From: Pelagomonas calceolata
Taxonomy: Eukaryota
Reading direction: 5' to 3'
Assembly: GCA_918797485.1 (NCBI GenBank)
Contig: CAKKNE010000005.1
Coordinates: forward strand, 1,612,001-1,676,000
Length of the DNA stretch: 64,000 nucleotides
The stretch's first letter is position 1, and every line of letters begins with the position of its first letter. The notes beneath the pieces are model-generated. The model saw nothing but the letters and a program-made list of their open reading frames with translations. It had not been told where the DNA came from and made no database searches. Below, in pieces: positions 61,889 to 64,000 of this stretch. Both the position numbers and the translations under genes were made by a program.

Positions 61889-62344
61889 AACCTTATCATA
61901 GAAATCAGACGATCATCCAAGTCCGAGTCATAATCATGATACTCCGACTCGGAGTCCGGCTTGATCATGATCATGATTATTATACACTGTGGCAGATCAC
62001 TGGCATCACGAGGTCCCCATTTCGTCGGCGCCAAGGGCGGCAGCGCCTTATATGGCGGCGCGTCGCGGCCGGGCCCGGGGGGCACCGTCACGGTAACTGC
62101 AGCGGCCCGGCGGGTCACGCTGGCGGTACCGTGACCGTGACCCCGGCCCGGGGCCGGGGCCGTGACTCAGGTAGTACCGTGACTCAGGTCCAGCAAGACT
62201 CAGACAACGTAGCCGAGATAGCGGACTGTCACGGTAATTTATCACGCCACGGTAATTTAATGTGCAATAATATGTAAGGGGCTACAAAGATACATATCGC
62301 GGATACTTCGTTACATACTTTTCTTTTAGCTATCTTTCTCGATC

Positions 62345-62968
62345 ATGGAGCTTAACGCTAGCCTGCCTGCACACCAGGGGCCACGGGCGCTCGCTCGGGC
62401 TCGAGCAGCGCATATACTCTCGCAGAAGTTCGCGAACAGAGACCGCGTGAAGGCCAAATTGCTCGAGGACAAGGAAATATCTCGCTCCCAAGCTAGGGCT
62501 GGACGCCAGGCAACACAACGGCGCTGGAAACTTAAGACACGACATTCGCCCTTTCTTGTCGATTTGGTGGCAGAGAATGAACGTCTTGACGAAGAGAATA
62601 AGGTACGGCTTGCTGCTGAAGCGCATCAACTGAGACTTGTAGAAAAGCAAAGAGTGACTCTCAAGCATAAGGTTCTAGTGCGTGCACTGCGAGAAGAGTC
62701 TGATCTCGATGCGCTACGCCGCGAAAAGCGCGCAATCGTTGATGAAGAGCGTCGCTTGAAGGCTCTTCTCGACCTTGAGAAAACGCAAACTCGCAGTAGG
62801 CTTGACATGCGAGCTGCCCAGCGGGCAGAACGACAGCGTTGTACAGCAACGAACGACCTACGCCGTCGGAGCAACATTAATCGGCTCCAAAAACAGCAAC
62901 TTTTGAACCTTGCATTGCTTCGTGCAACCACCGATGATGCTCCTGATAAATTCGATTTTACTTTCTAG
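62345..62968 (+). CDS. Unknown coiled-coil protein, 207 aa
   Basis: Single ATG-initiated ORF with coherent helical R/E/L-rich composition (SPFLVDLVAENERLDEENKVR). It lacks the intergenic footprint octamers that crowd the flank. Confidence 0.75.
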   Translation: MELNASLPAHQGPRALARARAAHILSQKFANRDRVKAKLLEDKEISRSQARAGRQATQRRWKLKTRHSPFLVDLVAENERLDEENKVRLAAEAHQLRLVEKQRVTLKHKVLVRALREESDLDALRREKRAIVDEERRLKALLDLEKTQTRSRLDMRAAQRAERQRCTATNDLRRRSNINRLQKQQLLNLALLRATTDDAPDKFDFTF

Positions 62969-64000
62969 ACGGCACCCTGATACTCGTCGGAATTGAATCA
63001 AACCACACTCGTCTGGGCGGATTCTCCACAGGGGGAATTTGCTACTGTCAAATAGAGAGGGACTTTTTTGTCCCTTAAGTTACATGGTACTAGTAGCATG
63101 CCAGAGTGACGAAAATATGAGCCATGACCGTCATTTTCGACTTGGATATGAAGTTGAGACTGCTATTGCCAGCACGAAGCCTAGGGTGCAATTTACGCAC
63201 TTGCGTTCTTTTTACGTGAGAAAGCGGCCCACCGTAAATTACGCCGTGTTTTAATCGTAATTTATGCGTGCTCTTGTTTAGTAAAACCCGCAGATATATA
63301 GCTAGAGTCTCTAAAATGGACTTGTTGTAGCCACGCAGATTGCCAAAAGCAGCCTGAGCACGAGCGTGATCTGCGTTCCGTGTAACTATGCTGCGCGCCC
63401 CACGCACGCGGTATAAGACGCCAGTACTACTCTCGGGCTGCCGGGCACCGCCTTCAGCGCCGAGTCGTCGACGAGGTAGCGACCTCAGGCTCCGAGTCGG
63501 TACTTTGTCCGAGTCTAGCGGCCCGGGGCCACCACTGGCAGGGGACTGGCAACCACGGGCCGGAGGCCCTCCGAAACATCAAGTTACACCAGAATCCACT
63601 TTACCCTCCAGTATTACCCCACTTACTTCCGCACTTACACTACCTAGGTAGTACTTTCTTACACATTTAAAATTAAGCGGGCATGAGTTTGCTCGTGCCC
63701 CAGACCTTCTGGGATCGCCTTTCCCTCTTACATGATTCCCTGGCAACCGGCGAATGTTGGAATGACGTTGACTCAATCGCAGTTCCAATTGACCCCCCCT
63801 CCGAGGACGCTGCATTCACAAAGTCCTCGGCATTCTTCATTCATCTTTTCGGTCTAGAACTGCACGACTCCTTAGCAATGCTTTGCAAAGGCGCACTTCA
63901 CGTCCTGGCTACGGACGAGAAGTGTGCAATGCTTAAGGCCCTACAGGAAGAAGGCCAATCAGCAGGGCTTAAGTTCCAACTTCACAGGTTTGACTTACCA

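Noticed and set aside
250..63584. Octamers as transcription-factor or restriction sites
   Set aside because: Sixteen different sequences follow one generative rule and appear as clean +6 differences between repeat copies.
1..64000. CRISPR array, rRNA, tRNA or intact transposase
   Set aside because: No regular repeat-spacer array, no recognisable RNA gene and no DDE transposase ORF were seen.

Overview
Eukaryotic nuclear DNA: gene-dense, with short (about 40-90 nt) spliceosomal introns. It is most likely a flagellated stramenopile alga (pelagophyte-like; taxon is inference only). About 18 protein genes are supported: COPA, an EF-hand/LRR protein, EEF2, RagA/Gtr1, an RCC1/IPT protein, ATG2, PP2C, a PHD/WHIM chromatin protein, a CHK2-like kinase, a multi-EF-hand protein, eIF2-alpha, SPAG6/PF16, SPATA4-like, CCT4, DCC1, RER1, an Mx-like dynamin and one unknown. 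Intergenic DNA is a mosaic of decayed copia-type LTR pieces and MITE-like dispersed repeats. The main unexpected signal is that intergenic DNA is saturated with one rule-based 6-bp insertion, XY -> XY-C-revcomp(XY)-G-XY, seen for all 16 dinucleotides (e.g. AACTTGAA, GTCACGGT, CACTGGCA, TCCGAGTC, ATCATGAT, AGCCTGAG). Paired repeat copies show these are true insertions, and the 7-bp and 3-bp variants fall where a hairpin/microhomology excision model predicts. This points to a very active cut-and-paste system (2-bp TSD, C...G ends) leaving footprints across the non-coding DNA. A second TA-centred footprint grammar clusters just upstream of start codons. No transposase gene was recognised in the window.
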